Position numbers and translations under genes: made by a program. A stretch of DNA of 63,968 nt, the filler included, from Conidiobolus incongruus B7586 (lineage: Eukaryota), in the NCBI GenBank assembly GCA_000697335.1. It is 15 parts of 15 records of this genome, joined end to end, with 100 filler letters (N's around TTAATTAATTAA, not from the genome) between each part and the next. Parts side by side here need not be neighbours in the genome. Positions count along the whole stretch, not along the records: positions 9,033 to 14,145 come from JNEM01000876.1; positions 14,246 to 19,110 come from JNEM01000877.1; positions 19,211 to 23,841 come from JNEM01000878.1; positions 23,942 to 28,281 come from JNEM01000879.1; 11 more parts are not named here. One strand, given 5' to 3'. The notes under the pieces are model-generated. The model ran no database searches. It was given only the letters and a program-made list of their open reading frames with translations, and had not been told where the DNA came from. Shown here piece after piece: positions 13,201 to 27,479 of this stretch. Within the stretch, counting starts at the first letter, position 1, and each line of letters starts with the position of its first letter.

Positions 13201-16165
13201 TTAATTTAACAATTCAATATTACAATATTCACCAAAATTAGAGAACACCAATTGATGCTAAAGCCTTGTTTTAGGACTTTTTTGAATTTAATTCTAACTG
13301 AGTAATTGTTATATTTCAAAATTAATCATCTTTTCTAGTTTGATAGCTAAACCAACATTATTTCTATTTTAAGCTGGCTTTGTCAGTCTATAATTGAAGG
13401 ATACTCTTTGTTCTTTTTGTTTTCTTTATTAGATTTTATCCAAATCCCATATTATTTATTGAATCAATTATTTAAACACAACAGTGATAAAGATAAAGGA
13501 GGTTTTTTTTAAATATTTTGCTATAATATCTCAATAGTAAGTTTTCAAACCTATAGTTCCAATATATTAAAAAGCAGGATTAGTAAATAATTTACTAAAT
13601 CATATTTTAAGTACTTTTTTAACTATAATCTTTATTTATAAAATTTAATATAAAAACACAATATAATTATTTAATATAATAGTAATGATAAGAATAGTAT
13701 TTTTTAATTTTTTCAATAATTGGCTATATTATTGTCAAATATTTGCAGATTTAATATAAAATTCACTTAATTATATTTTTCTCTAAACTTAAACTATAAA
13801 ATTACCTATAAATATACATAAAGTATTATAATTAGGTAATCTAAAATATTGATATTATAAATTATTTTATTATATTGGTCTTGTCTATTATAATATCACT
13901 ATTTTAATGATATTTATTTATTTATAATATTCTAAAAATATTTTAATAAAAAGTTTTATAAATTAAAATTTTAGAATTTTTGTTATTTTGTAAAAAATAT
14001 GATTTTAATTATAATTATATTTAGTGAAATAATGGATATAATATTTAAATAATTAATTATTCTATATAAATTCAAATATCTTTAATAATAAATTCAAATA
14101 AGAATGGTTGATAGTAATAATATCATTTTTTGTTAAATTTAAAAANNNNNNNNNNNNNNNNNNNNNNNNNNNNNNNNNNNNNNNNNNNNTTAATTAATTA
14201 ANNNNNNNNNNNNNNNNNNNNNNNNNNNNNNNNNNNNNNNNNNNNATATTTGTTTAATTATAAATTATAGATCTTTACCTAGTATATATATTAGAAATAA
14301 AGTTCTTATTATATTATATATATCATTGTATTATTTAATTTAATTTATATTCATAGTTTATTTTATTATATGGATTTAATTTCTTTTAATTTATTAATTC
14401 CTAATTATAATCTAATTATATTCTCATAATAGTTCTAGTTTTAAGAATATAATAAAATTTATTATTTTCTTAATTTTGTTTTCAATCTATATATAATATT
14501 TGGAAATAATTTATAAAACTTGATAGTGTTTACCTTTAATAATGATATAATTCAATAATTCAAAGGATATCAATTATTTTAAAAATTAATTCAATAATGA
14601 ATAATTTAATTTGAATAATATGCTAATAAGTCTTTTATATTTCATAATATAGTTATTTGAAAATATTTTAATTTTTTGTTTTATTACAGTTGGTATAAAT
14701 TATAATATTAATAGTTCTTTATAATTTATTATTCAATTTCTATTAATTCATATTATATATATGATTTTGATATCATAATAGATAATATATTGTTTTTTCT
14801 GAAATGTCAAAATATAGTATAAAATGGACTTGTTTATTTTAAATTCAAATAAATTATTATAATATTTCTATATTAGGGTTTTTGTTCAAATATTTTAATA
14901 ATAATTAAAAAACAATATTGACTTTTAAATTTTGAATAAAATATAAATTTCAATTATTTCTGGAGAAATTTACTTAAATTGAATCCCAATCAAAAACAGT
15001 TTCAATTATTGTTGCTTAAAATAAACTAGAAGGCTTAATGCCATTAAATATTAAATGTAATAATAAAACTTACAACGGAAATGTTTGATTGAATTTGGAA
15101 ATCAAACGATCCTATAAATCGTTTCATTTAATCAAAAGGGTATCAATTTTACTTGTCAAATAATCTTGTATCTTTGATAAATTATATATTAATATTTCCA
15201 TTCATTATTAGTTACGGAAATAGATTAATTAATTGATATTCAATGTAATATAATTAATAATGCTATAATTTAGTATTACAATGTATTTTTACTTGGTTAA
15301 AGAATAGAAATTTGGTTCCATTTATACTCCATTAAATTGAAACAAGGATAATAACGAAAACGTGAATTATATATCTGAAATAATAGTTTCCAAATAGAAA
15401 AAATTCAGAGAATACAACGTTGTTACTGTTTATAATATTAATTTATCTGAATCAGAGCAGTAGTATGCATTTTGTTTTTGAGTTTTATAAAATAGAGTCT
15501 CACATATGCATCTATATTTTTGTATTCATTCAAAACTAGAATAAAATATTAATTATTAATTCGGCCCTCAAATTAAAAAAAATAATATCAACAGGAGCGA
15601 TAAAAGTGAGTATATAATTAATGTAAAATAGCTTTTGCAAATTGAATGATATCTATTAGATAAACATTCATATTAATCAAATCATTGATTATTTTGCAGT
15701 TGTATTCACATGTCAAATTATGAATTTGATTACTTCATATTAACATTAAAATTGTAAAAGATTCAATTGTTTTGTCCAACCTTTAATTTTTGAGAGATTT
15801 AAGATAATTCAGTAATACTATTTAATATGTATTGAATTAGTAAATATTGGCAATACTAAATATTATATATCAGGCGATATTCGTATATTCTTCAACTGAT
15901 TTTGATTCAATTATATGATGATCAAACTAAATTAAATTGACACAGGTAATTGATCAAATTGTATCAATCATTACATAATCATGTAGTATTAATTATTGAT
16001 TATTGATAGTATAATGTAATATCCTCAAATTTTACATTTAATATTAATTACAAATCACAAATAAATTTAAATTTTGTTATATATAATATGAGTATATTAC
16101 ATGTAATATGATGAGTTAAATTTATAGATATCAATTATCATAAATCAATTTGTTATATCGATTAA

Positions 16166-17355
16166 ATGACTACTAGAAAGATTTGTAGAACTGGACTCAT
16201 AGAGAATTTAAGCGATCGAGATATTCAAGGATTGAAAGAAGTCTACCAGTATATGCTTGATATGAAAGCTGAAACGGAGCAAAAAGGGTATTTGAAAGCT
16301 GATACCAAGTCATCCGGAGGTTGGCTATCTAGTGCAACCAGCTTTTTAACAAAGTCTAATTCATTGGAGCCTGAAACTTTTACATATGCTCAATTAGAAG
16401 CTGAGATGATGAAAATTACGATGGTAGATCATCCAGATAATATGATTATCCGATACTTACGAGCTCGAAAATACAACTCAAAAGCTGCATTCCAAATGAT
16501 TTATGATAGTATAAAGTTTTTCTATGATATGGGATTGCATGATATCATTCGATTGGGAGAATGTGAACTGATTCAATATCCGTTGAAATCTGGTGAACTT
16601 TACTTTCATGGGCACGACCGAGAAGGTAATACAATCTTATATTTAAATGCTAGGCTACATAAGCCAAAAGAATGTCCAATCGAACATTTCTCAAAAATTA
16701 TAATGTACATTATGGGCCAAGGTTATCTTATGCTCGGTGAGAAGAGAATTACAGGAATCATTGATTTAAAAGGGCTTTCATTGAGTAATGTAGACTATCC
16801 TAACCTCAAGCTTGCAGCTACAATTTTAGCTAATAACTTCCCAGAATGTTTGCATCGAATATTGATTGTGAATGCTCCATGGATTTTTAGTGGTAAATAA
16901 ATATTATATAAAATTAAATTTAATTAATATTAAAAAATTGATTAGGTATCTGGAACATTATATGTACATTTTTAGATCCAGTTGTAAAGGATAAAATTCA
17001 ATTCCCATCTCAAGAAAATCTTACCAGGTTCATTGCGATAGATCAATTACCAACTTGGCTCGGAGGAGAGAATACATATGTGTATAACTACACCACTCCA
17101 ACTAGAGAAGAAACAGCTGTTAAAGAAGATCCTGAAGAGTGGGAGCGACTTAAAGAAGAGAGGTTAAAGATTGGATATAAATTAATTGATAAGACTGAAG
17201 AATGGATTAAAGGATTACCAGTTGAGGAGGAGCGTAACCAGCTTGCAGAACAATTGGCAATTAACTTTCGCAAGATGGCACCTTATATTTGGAGTCCTTC
17301 ATATTATCATCGAAATGGATTCGTTAAGAATTTCGACGAGGTTAATTTCAAATAA
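16166..17355 (+). CDS. CSR1: CRAL-TRIO (Sec14-like) phosphatidylinositol transfer protein, Csr1/Sfh2-like (378 aa, 2 exons)
   Basis: Exons 16166-16892 and 16946-17355, with a 53-nt intron GTAAAT...TAG. The spliced product reads DHPDNMIIRYLRARK, GHDREG, NFPECL..ILIVNAPWIFSGIW..I..FLDPVVKDKIQF, LPTWLGG and C-terminal PYI...YYHRNG. Confidence 0.9.
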
Positions 17356-18257
17356 CCTGATTATATGCTGCTATTAAATTATGTAACTGGGTCAAGAATT
17401 ACGAGTAATAGCTTAAAGATTTTTTATAAGAGTGATATTTAAATTAGTATGATTATTCAAAATAATTTAATTCCTAAAATAAATATTATATAATTTGATT
17501 TAAATCAATTAAACAAATTAAATTTTATAAATTTTAATGAATATAAATTTTGCATTAATATACTGCCATTATAATAATAGGTATAATACTAAATTCAAAA
17601 ATATCTGAAAATAATATAATATATTTTTTTATTCATAATTCTATAAATCAATATTTTGTATAAAATGAAATTATTGAAAATTTGATAATTTTTAGTTTCA
17701 AAATATACTAAGACTAATACATCTAGTTCAGAACATTAATTAAAAAGTAATATTTTGTAAAGTATATACGATATTAGAAAATATTCATCTTTAAACAGAG
17801 TTCATAATTCAAACTTGTTAATATATAAAACCATTTTAATAATTGACCTCAATATATATTGAATATTTTTAGTAATAATTTTTGATCGATTTTAATACAA
17901 TTCATCTTTAGTTTTAGCATAATTTCAATATAATAATTATCAGTTTAATTTATTAGATTTCATATTATAATATCTCAAGAAGTAACTACACATATTTTAT
18001 TTTTGTAAACAAATTAATAGTTATTATCAAATATATTAACTCAATTCTATAAAACTAGGATTATCTTATATTTTTTAAATTAAAATTTAAAATTATATTT
18101 GAAACGCTTCAATTCCTTATACCTTTTAAATCACCCATCAATAATTAATAATAGCAACAGTTTTTCATTAAATAATTAACAATAGCCACTATTCCTCATT
18201 AACTGCACATTGAGACTAAGGACTGATTAATTTAGTAGATCATCCTTGAATATATTA

Positions 18258-18279
18258 ATATATATATATATATATATAT
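18258..18279. repeat. (AT)n microsatellite
   Basis: Perfect AT run; similar short runs near 3862, 5630, 29214, 35832, 60928 and 61124. Confidence 0.9.
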
Positions 18280-19704
18280 CAGTTAAGAATATAAATAAAT
18301 ATAATTAATTACAATATATATAGGATAAAAAATTGAGTTTTTTATAAACCTAATACATGATTATTATTATTAAAAGTTCATCTATATATAATTGTTTTGT
18401 ATGTAATACTACCTAATAAAATTTTAACTAAGTAATAAATATACAGGAATGATAGGATCCATTATGTGTCATATTATCATTTATTTAAGCAATGATTTGA
18501 AAATATCAATAGTTAGTATAAGATTATTATAAATTAAAATTTAATGTTTCAAAATTTTTCAATTCAATATATTTATTTGAATAAAATATTAATTATAAAA
18601 AATGAACCAAGAATGATAATAATAGTATAATTAATATTTCGACAGAAATTAAATAAAAGGACAATTTAAATATCAATATTATTCAAAATTTTCAATATAG
18701 AATTAATGAAAATAAATACACAAAATGAAATTAGTATTCTCCTTGATTATTAATTACTCTTTACTATATTTTTGGTAAATTTCTAATATTTAACCAATGT
18801 TTTTTTTATTAAAAAATAAAATTTGATTTTTCACAAACTAATTTAATTAGATTATAATATTATTTGGTAAGTATATTTTTTTTAATTATATAAAGTAATT
18901 TTGATTATATAGGTTATAATCTAAAAAATATATTAAATATCATAATTTTGATAATTCTTTTTATAAAAAATTTTTTTATAGCTTTGGTTTTATATTTTTA
19001 TAATTTATATATATAATGATAGCCATTGATAATTTATATTAATATAATAATTATATATTATTTAATTTTTTTAAAAATATATAATTTTAATTATAAATTA
19101 ATATAATTTCNNNNNNNNNNNNNNNNNNNNNNNNNNNNNNNNNNNNNNNNNNNNTTAATTAATTAANNNNNNNNNNNNNNNNNNNNNNNNNNNNNNNNNN
19201 NNNNNNNNNNAATTTTTAAAAATAATAATATTTTGAAATAATTATTTTAAGAAATAAAATAAATATAAGATTAAAACAAATTTATAGATAATTTATTCTT
19301 ATAATATTATATTATACTAAACAATATTATATTAAAGATCATAAAATAATTTTAATCATAATAATATAAATTTTATTATAAACTATTTAATTTGAATAAT
19401 TAATAAATTAAAAAAAGATTTAAATTTATAATATTATTAATCAACCATTAATTTAGTTAAATTTCAATTATAATAAGTTATATATTATTAACTGAATATC
19501 TCTTGAATATTTAATTAAATAATTTTTTAAAATTTGTAAAAATTAAAAATAATAGATTCAAATATACTATATCTATCTTGAATCTAATAAAATACTTTCA
19601 ATTGTTCTAATAAGATTTTATTATAATATTTAATATAATAAATTTTGTAAAATCATAATTGAATGCTTGAAATATCTTTGGTACTAATTATCTGAAATAG
19701 AATT

Positions 19705-20313
19705 TTAAGTCTGGCTCAATGGCTCATTTTGTGAAACCATGGATAATAGTTTGTAGACTAAACGAGGATTTTCCTTAAGAGCTTTGTTGAGAGTAAAAAT
19801 TGCAGCCCAATCCTCTTTGGAGAATTTATGTACTTTGTTTGAATTATTTGAAACAGAAGATGGCTCATTAGAATCAATATCTGGCTTATTTGAGCTAGAT
19901 TGGATAAGTTCTGGGGTAACAGTTCGGAAATGATGGGTGGACAATGATGTACTAGCGCCAGAACCTACCGGCTCTGGAGTGCTTTCAAGTTGTTTGCTAT
20001 CAGCTGGAGGATTGACAGCCCAAAACACATCATTTGCATCAAAATCAAGATTCCAGAATGGATTGGTCCACAGCCCGAAATTCCATGCCTCGAAAGTTCC
20101 TCCAGGTACAGACCAGAATGGATTGAACATAATCTCTTTAGGATTAATTTCTGGTGCCTCTCCTTCATCATCATAAATTGTGGAAGTTGGTTTTCCTGGG
20201 TGTAACATAAAGCTTGATATCTGGCTATTAGCTGCTAGAGGAGAGCCTTTTATATGATTGCAGCCTGAAAACAGAATTAACAAAATAAATTGGTAAATAG
20301 TTGAATTTTGCAT
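19705..20313 (-). CDS. Secreted protein with a Trp-rich internal repeat (202 aa)
   Basis: Hydrophobic N-terminus (YQFILLILFSGC...KG|SP), NPFW twice, Ser/Asn-rich linker and a helical C-terminus. GC-elevated ORF with TATATAAAG about 80 nt upstream. Confidence 0.8.
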   Translation of the reverse strand: MQNSTIYQFILLILFSGCNHIKGSPLAANSQISSFMLHPGKPTSTIYDDEGEAPEINPKEIMFNPFWSVPGGTFEAWNFGLWTNPFWNLDFDANDVFWAVNPPADSKQLESTPEPVGSGASTSLSTHHFRTVTPELIQSSSNKPDIDSNEPSSVSNNSNKVHKFSKEDWAAIFTLNKALKENPRLVYKLLSMVSQNEPLSQT

Positions 20314-22752
20314 GTCTTTAGAGTATTGATATGACTAATCGATTAATAGTTCACTGATTAAATATGGGTAATTGTATGTTATCTCTTTATATACTCCATA
20401 TATGTGGGTGTTTAGTCTCATCTTGCAACTTAGAACCTTTGAAACGCCAAGGAAATTATATTATTATTCAAGGATCTAATTGAAAAATAACGCAAACCTC
20501 ATTTCCCTTTGAAATTTACGGAACCATATCAACCAATTCAATTATTGATCTTCTTCCTATCTATTCAGTATTCGACTCTATTCAATTCAGTCTTTGTTTT
20601 GTTTCACTTATACTTATTAGACTAATAATTAATTTAAATCAATTCACTCATTGAATAATACCAATTTGTATTTTAACATCAACTAAATTTGACTAAAATG
20701 ACTAAATACAAAATTTAGTTCAATCTAAAATTAATTAAATCCAAATCATTATTTTTTGATAATATTATAATCATTAGGTTCCTAACTAAAATAACTCGAG
20801 TGCCTCGTTTGATTCAAATCTAGAGCAAAGCACCTTAGTTTCAATATACACCCTTTTAGTTATTATTAAATTATAATAATTAATTCTCTTTAATTATTAG
20901 GATTGTATATTTTAGAAATTATTAATCACCTGTAAATCATTTTTATAATTTCCTATATCACATTATTATTTATGATATTTGTTAAAGTGGCATTTAATCC
21001 ATTTATATATTCCAAACAACTGATGCAATATTTACTATCGATTTCTTAAATAGAGTAAAAATAAAGATATAATATATATCGCTTTCTTTAACAATGAAAT
21101 TCTTTGTAAATATAAAATATTATTTTGAATTAATATCATAATATGTATAGTTCTAAGTATTTCTTCATTTTTTATTAATAAATTTTATTATTTGATAAAA
21201 TCAATAATATCTATATTCAATGTTTACAATAAATCCTCATTATTTTTAACAAATACATATTATATAGGAAAATAAAAAAATTAATTATGGAAATTAATCA
21301 TATAAATTTTTTAGTTTTATATTATATATTTACAGAATTCGAGAAAAAGAAAGAGTATATCATAAATTTATCTCCAATTAAAATAATTAAATATCCCACG
21401 TTGATTTTCATAGATTTATTGTGATCATTCAAGATAAATTTAATCTCAATCAAAATATTCCAGTTTAATATTATCAATATTAACTTGGATTAAATATAAC
21501 AAGATACAAAGTTTTTTTTTAATTTCTCTACTATATTATGATTCTGAACAACTTTTCCTCATTATTCTTCAATTCAATATTTACTCAAACACACTAATAT
21601 CAATATTATTTATAACTTTAGGAATATCATAAAATATAAAATCCTTCATATTATCATGTCAGAAATTTGCTACAATGTAATTTAGTACCACTTTGATGAT
21701 TAATCACATATATTATATATATAAAATACTATTTTAATATATCCATATTTCGAAAAATAGATTGATAATAGTACAATTTTGAAATTATTCAGCTTAACAG
21801 TTGTATTGTAAATCGCGTTAAATTTTAACTTAATACCACCACATCTGTCTGTATTATGGCATGTTTAATTTGCATCATTTTGTTTGATCAATTGTTAGAT
21901 TTATTGCTATATTTTGAATTTAGGTGTTAAATATTGAATATATATTCTAGTGCAATAATATGGGTCCCATCAAAAAAATTTAAAAATATCAATTTTTGTT
22001 GTAAATTACTGATTCGAAAAAATTTCACACCTGATTCAAATAATTTGTGATCATATTTTTTGAATTATGCATCTGTATATTAATATCATTTCATAATGCA
22101 TCAAATGACTGTATATATTGAAAAATTCATTTTGTTAAAAATTAATCATTATCAATAATTCAATATCGTATTATTTTTAAATGGTATATCAATGGATTAC
22201 AGAGAATTGAAATGAAATAAACCTCAAATAGTTTATATTGAATCAACACTAAATTTTAATTATTTCAAAAGACCCGCATAATATCTAGTTGTCGCATTGA
22301 GTTATCATAAAATTATATTACAATAATTGAATGAACTCTATCCAATTAATCTTATTAAAATAAAGTAATTTTATTTTCTTTTTAATTCTTCTTAGTTCTA
22401 AATTAATAGCACTCATTTTTTTATTATTTCATCTTTATTGTTTTTCTGTAAATTAATTTGCATATCTCCAATATATCTTGTACTTTTATTAAATAATATA
22501 CTATTTAACCAAACTAGTATTAACAATAGACATTGTTGAATACATATTAAATATTTTTTGATAATTTCAGTTTACTTCCATTATATTGTATATTTGATCA
22601 TATTAAATCAAAATATGATTTGTTCTTTTTGTATTAGTCTATAGTTTTAAATCAGTGTGAATTTATTTGAAATAGATATCTTGCTTAAACAAATACTATT
22701 GTTAAAACAAAATTATATTAAGGATCAATATAGCTCTATTAAAATAAATATT

Positions 22753-23113
22753 ATGAAAATTTTTCTTGGTATGATTGCCTTCAATTTGTAGATAACGAAT
22801 TAATGGCTCACCTTACCAGCTTCATCTCATCAAATATTACATTATTAAGATATAGAACCAGAATACCTGTAACTCCACCTCATATCTAATTTTTCTGAAT
22901 ACCTAATTCATTTTACAATGCCTACAACCGAGAAATGATCTATAGAAGAACCATTGTTGGAACATATTTTCATCACCACCTCTGGATTTCTGTAGCTCTC
23001 ATTAAGCTCTAATAAAACACCTTAACTCAAACTACCAAAAAATCACCAATAAGCCGCTCGCTTCATTATTTTCAAAGTTCTTTTGGCAATTTGTAGAATC
23101 ACAAAATAAATAA
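22753..23113 (+). pseudogene. Possible decayed secreted-protein gene
   Basis: GC-elevated island beginning ATG AAA ATT TTT CTT GGT ATG ATT GCC (MKIFLGMIAF). It continues as a frameshifted NGSP/LPASSHQ and has many stops. Confidence 0.3.
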
Positions 23114-24384
23114 AAAATTGTTTGTTTTATAAGTTATAATAATAAAGTATAATTTTTTACCAAAATTTAAGATTTATATTTTAGGTAAAATTAGTTCGAG
23201 AACATCATCTATTAATTAGAAAATTTTTATAATATAATATATTGATTGTATTTTCTAATTTAAAACACTCAACAATGAGAGTATAATTGTTTGTTTATTA
23301 ATTGGAATTTAATTATTTAATTTTTTTAAATATATATTTCAAAATGAAAAGTTATGCAATATTTAAGCTGATTGTAATTTCAATACTTTTAAACCAGTTA
23401 TACTAATAGTTAAAAAACTTTATAATTATACTAATAATCATTTTATTTAAGTATGTTCTATATACTATAGAGCATCTTAATCATGATTAGTATTTGATAA
23501 TTAAATAAATTAAATAGAAAGTTTGTATTATTATGATAAAATTTAATATAAATATAATTTATACTATTGAGTAATACAAAATAAATAGTTTTGATATTCT
23601 GAAATTTATAGTTTTATTCTTATAATATTAAGTAAGTTTTGACTAAATTTTCCATTTTAAAATTGGTTTATTATTATTTTCCTAATTATTATTTATAATT
23701 ATTAATTAATAAATAATTGGTTTATATTATATAATCGTTAATAATCATATATCCAAACTAAATTAACTATATTAATATATATATTATATTTTATAAAAAA
23801 TTTTAAAATAAATATCTTTATAAATAATTTTAATAATAAAANNNNNNNNNNNNNNNNNNNNNNNNNNNNNNNNNNNNNNNNNNNNTTAATTAATTAANNN
23901 NNNNNNNNNNNNNNNNNNNNNNNNNNNNNNNNNNNNNNNNNAAAAATATTTAGTTTTTAAGTCTTTCTCATATTTACTAACAAAAGTATCAAAATATAAT
24001 AGTTATAAGATATTTATTTTATTCAAAGAATTTAATTTATAATAAGTTATTTTTAGTTAGTTTAATAAACCCTTTTATTTCCCTTAACTTTATAATAATT
24101 TATTATTTATTAATAATAATTCTTTATTTAAATTTTAAAATTTATTTTTTATTATATTTATAATTATTATTATAAATATTAGAAATTTACCAAATATATA
24201 GTAAAAGGATTATAAGTATTATAGCAACAAACTAATATAGTACATAAGAAAACTTGATATAAAAATTATATAGCTTGCAATATAATATTAATAATATAAC
24301 AAGATAATATAAATATAAACCAAGTTTAATTAAGTTTGATAAATAAATAAATTAATATTGATAAATTAGGATTTATATTAAATA

Positions 24385-24591
24385 AGTCTAATATTTTATA
24401 ATATTAACAAAATATAGTTTCAATCCTAAATATAATAAGAATTAAGAAAAAAAACATGGTTTATTAGATAATTTAGTATTATTTATATATTTAATTTAGC
24501 TTTAAAAGTATAAATTAATAGATTTAATATTAAATAATTTATATAGAAATATATATATATATAAGAATTTTGAGAACTAATCTCTTAACAA
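24385..24591 (-). repeat. Dispersed AT-rich repeat, copy A
   Basis: The reverse complement aligns by eye with 32119-32340 and 40417-40608. Shared ordered blocks: TTAAGAGAyTAkTT..AAAwTnCTTATwTATA, TAATTTATA..wTTAAAGyTAA, ATAATAyT and TTArGATTrArA. Confidence 0.65.
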
Positions 24592-25509
24592 GGTTATTAA
24601 TAATAAAGGAATATTTTTTTAGTATATATTTATTTTGGTAAATTTAAATCCAAAAAAGTCTTATTATATAAAATATAAATTAATAATAATTTTAATAAAT
24701 TAATTTTGAAAAATATTCTTAAGAATATAAGTTTTCAAACTTGGTTTTAAAAAATATAATATCATACATATAATACATGAGAATGATATTAACTTGGGAA
24801 ACTAATTTAGAATAAATATTATAAAATAATGAGTAAAAGTATTAATAGTATTATATAATTATAATTTTCATAAAATAGATACCATTATATTATTTTGATC
24901 ACCTACATTCAAAAAAATTTTTAAAGCATTTATTAAATCAATAAAATTGTATTTTAATTAATATTAATTAATAATATTAAAAAGTGATTAAAAGTATTCA
25001 AATTCTGGAAAATCATTCATGTCTTTACATGATAGTATTTTGGTTTAAATTGCTACGTTTTACGAATATGATTATTCACAATTTAATAAATAATAATTTT
25101 TTACCATGATGAATCCTTTAAGTATTAAATAATAGGATAATTAAAGGCTTGATTTTGTGTCGGAAAAATAATATGTATTTAAAATTCAGGGTCCAGAAAT
25201 AATATTCGTTTAACAATGATATCTGAATAAATATTAAACTGTTAGCTTGTCATATATATAAGTTAATATTTTACAGTATAACTGATCGAAAAATTTAATA
25301 TTTATATTTAAACTAAAAATTAAAATTTCAATATTTTCATCTTCAGCTGTTTATAATTTTTAGGTTTAAAACATCTCCAAAGTTATTATATTATTGGAAT
25401 TATTAAACCAGTTCGTGTTGCTAATAATAAGCATATCAAGATTAATATCTTAAAATAATCTTATTTTACATTTATATTTAAATATTGAAAGTTTGTTGGA
25501 TCGTTAATA

Positions 25510-25770
25510 CTATGGGTGGTATGGTGGGGGAAGTTCGTTAGTATTGATGCGGGGAGGAGGCGGTGTATATTGAGGAACGCATTCCTCTCCCATTTCTTCT
25601 CTCGAACTTATGGATTGATTGAATTCCGTTGATAAAGCATTGCTTGAGACAAAATTACGCTTCAAACAAGAAATAATGAATATTATACCTAATATACTAG
25701 CACCTATAATAACTATTACCATTACAATTAATAATACAGATCCCGAATCGTATAAACCTCTCGGTGGCAT
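25510..25770 (-). CDS. Small single-pass membrane protein with PY motifs (86 aa), Rcr1/Rcr2-like Rsp5-adaptor architecture
   Basis: ATG at 25770 (track starts at TTG 25779). One TM helix, then a cytoplasmic tail with VPQY and C-terminal LPPPY. TATAAATA on the minus strand at 25851-25858. Paralogue at 27210-27479. Confidence 0.8.
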   Translation of the reverse strand: MPPRGLYDSGSVLLIVMVIVIIGASILGIIFIISCLKRNFVSSNALSTEFNQSISSREEMGEECVPQYTPPPPRINTNELPPPYHP

Positions 25771-27209
25771 ATCTTTCAATATAAATTTCAGTTAGTAAAA
25801 ATACAATGACTTGGATAGTAAAAATATTAGAAATAATGGAAGAAAAAGGTTATTTATATTGATTACCATTTTCACATTCAATTTTAATAGTGACATTCAA
25901 TATGAACTCCATTTTTATTCTTAACCTTGAAATTAAATAATCTCCCACATCCTAGTGGTACTTTAATGTTGGATATAATTTTAGTTACACTATTTTCATA
26001 GTTTCATTATTTTCGGTTAAATTCACTGGTATTGATGTATGAAAATTCATCCACAAAACATGTAATGGATACATTTGAAATGAAAATCATATTACTTTTA
26101 AATCAGTTTTAAATTAATTAGAGTTATGACAAAAAAAATTAAAATTTTAAATACTAGAAAAATTTATCAAGGATTGAAATTCAAAATAACATCTATTCAA
26201 TTTCAATATAAAAAATCCAAAATAAAGTTTTCTAATAATAAGCATCTATAAGATAGTATTAATAATTCAAAATATATTATATCACCTTAAAATATTTTGC
26301 AACCTTTGATATTGGAAAATCAAAGTTAAAATACTGAATTTTCATTCAAAGCTAATAAATTGTCATTTTAAAAATCAGTTATCTGAAACTTTCAAAATAC
26401 CAAATATTGAAAATGTAATAAAAGGAATGTATATTAGAGAATAAAAGATTTTATGATCTCCGAAATGAATGTAATATTACTGTATAAATATTAAATCTTA
26501 TATCAAGAACAATAATTATATGACTATAAATGACTAAATTTGGAATATATAAAATGCGAAAAATATGGTTTTGGAAATTATTTTGAATTAATATGAATAA
26601 TTAGACTATTTAGTTTTCCATCAGTTGCAAATTCATATGAAAAATTAAATATTCAACCTTATAATAAAATATAATTTATATATTACTGTTCTTAAGTTGC
26701 ACAAACGTATGACTATATTCTGAAAGTAAGATTATTTATATAGTTTAATTACGATAACTTGATATTATTTACTCTGAATATAATTATGTAAATTTAAAAA
26801 AAATTAAATTTATACCATCTATATCAGTTTTTCTAGAGCATCCTAAAAAGAATTAATCACTCTAAAAAATAAAAGATATTTTACTACAGTATTTATATTT
26901 TATTATATCTTAAATAATATTGGACTAGTTAAATATATGGATATATTTAGTTAATATTTATCAAACTATATTTTTGATTATACCTGTTTTATTAATTTTT
27001 AATTATTTTAGCAATAAATATAATTGAAAATAAGGATTTGGTTTTAAATCACTGTCCTATGAAGAACTGATTATCTAGTAGCATTTTCAAAGGTATATAT
27101 GCATCTTGAAATGAGATCTTTTCTATATTTAATTTTATTAGTAAAATATGAAATATTGATATGTATTTACTATATTAAGTAGTCATATTAATTTACGATT
27201 CTGTTGAAA

Positions 27210-27479
27210 TTATTGTTGGTAAGGCAGAGGAAGAGAATTTGTATTAATACGAGCTGGACGTGGATGCGGAGATGGGGTCTCAGGAGGAGTATATTCAGGA
27301 ACATTATCGCTTTCCTGTTCTTGACTTATGTTGGATATAAAATCATTCCCTTGTCCAAGATGATGCTTAATTAACCTGACAATAAATAATATGACTAACA
27401 AACTGCCGAATATAAGAGCTACTACGAATACTGAAGAAATTGATGGTTCACTACTAGTAAATCTTCTATTCAGATGCAT
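27210..27479 (-). CDS. Small single-pass membrane protein with VPEY motif (89 aa), tandem paralogue
   Basis: One TM helix (VFVVALIFGSLLVILFIV). The tail VPEYTPP...RINTNSLPLPY is shared with the 25510 protein (VPQYTPP...RINTNELPPPY); same strand and same contig. Confidence 0.8.
   Translation of the reverse strand: MHLNRRFTSSEPSISSVFVVALIFGSLLVILFIVRLIKHHLGQGNDFISNISQEQESDNVPEYTPPETPSPHPRPARINTNSLPLPYQQ

Noticed and set aside
20785..20850. tRNA-Ser-like remnant on the minus strand (TTGAAAC...ATTTGAATC)
   Set aside because: No acceptor stem, D-arm or paired T-stem could be built.
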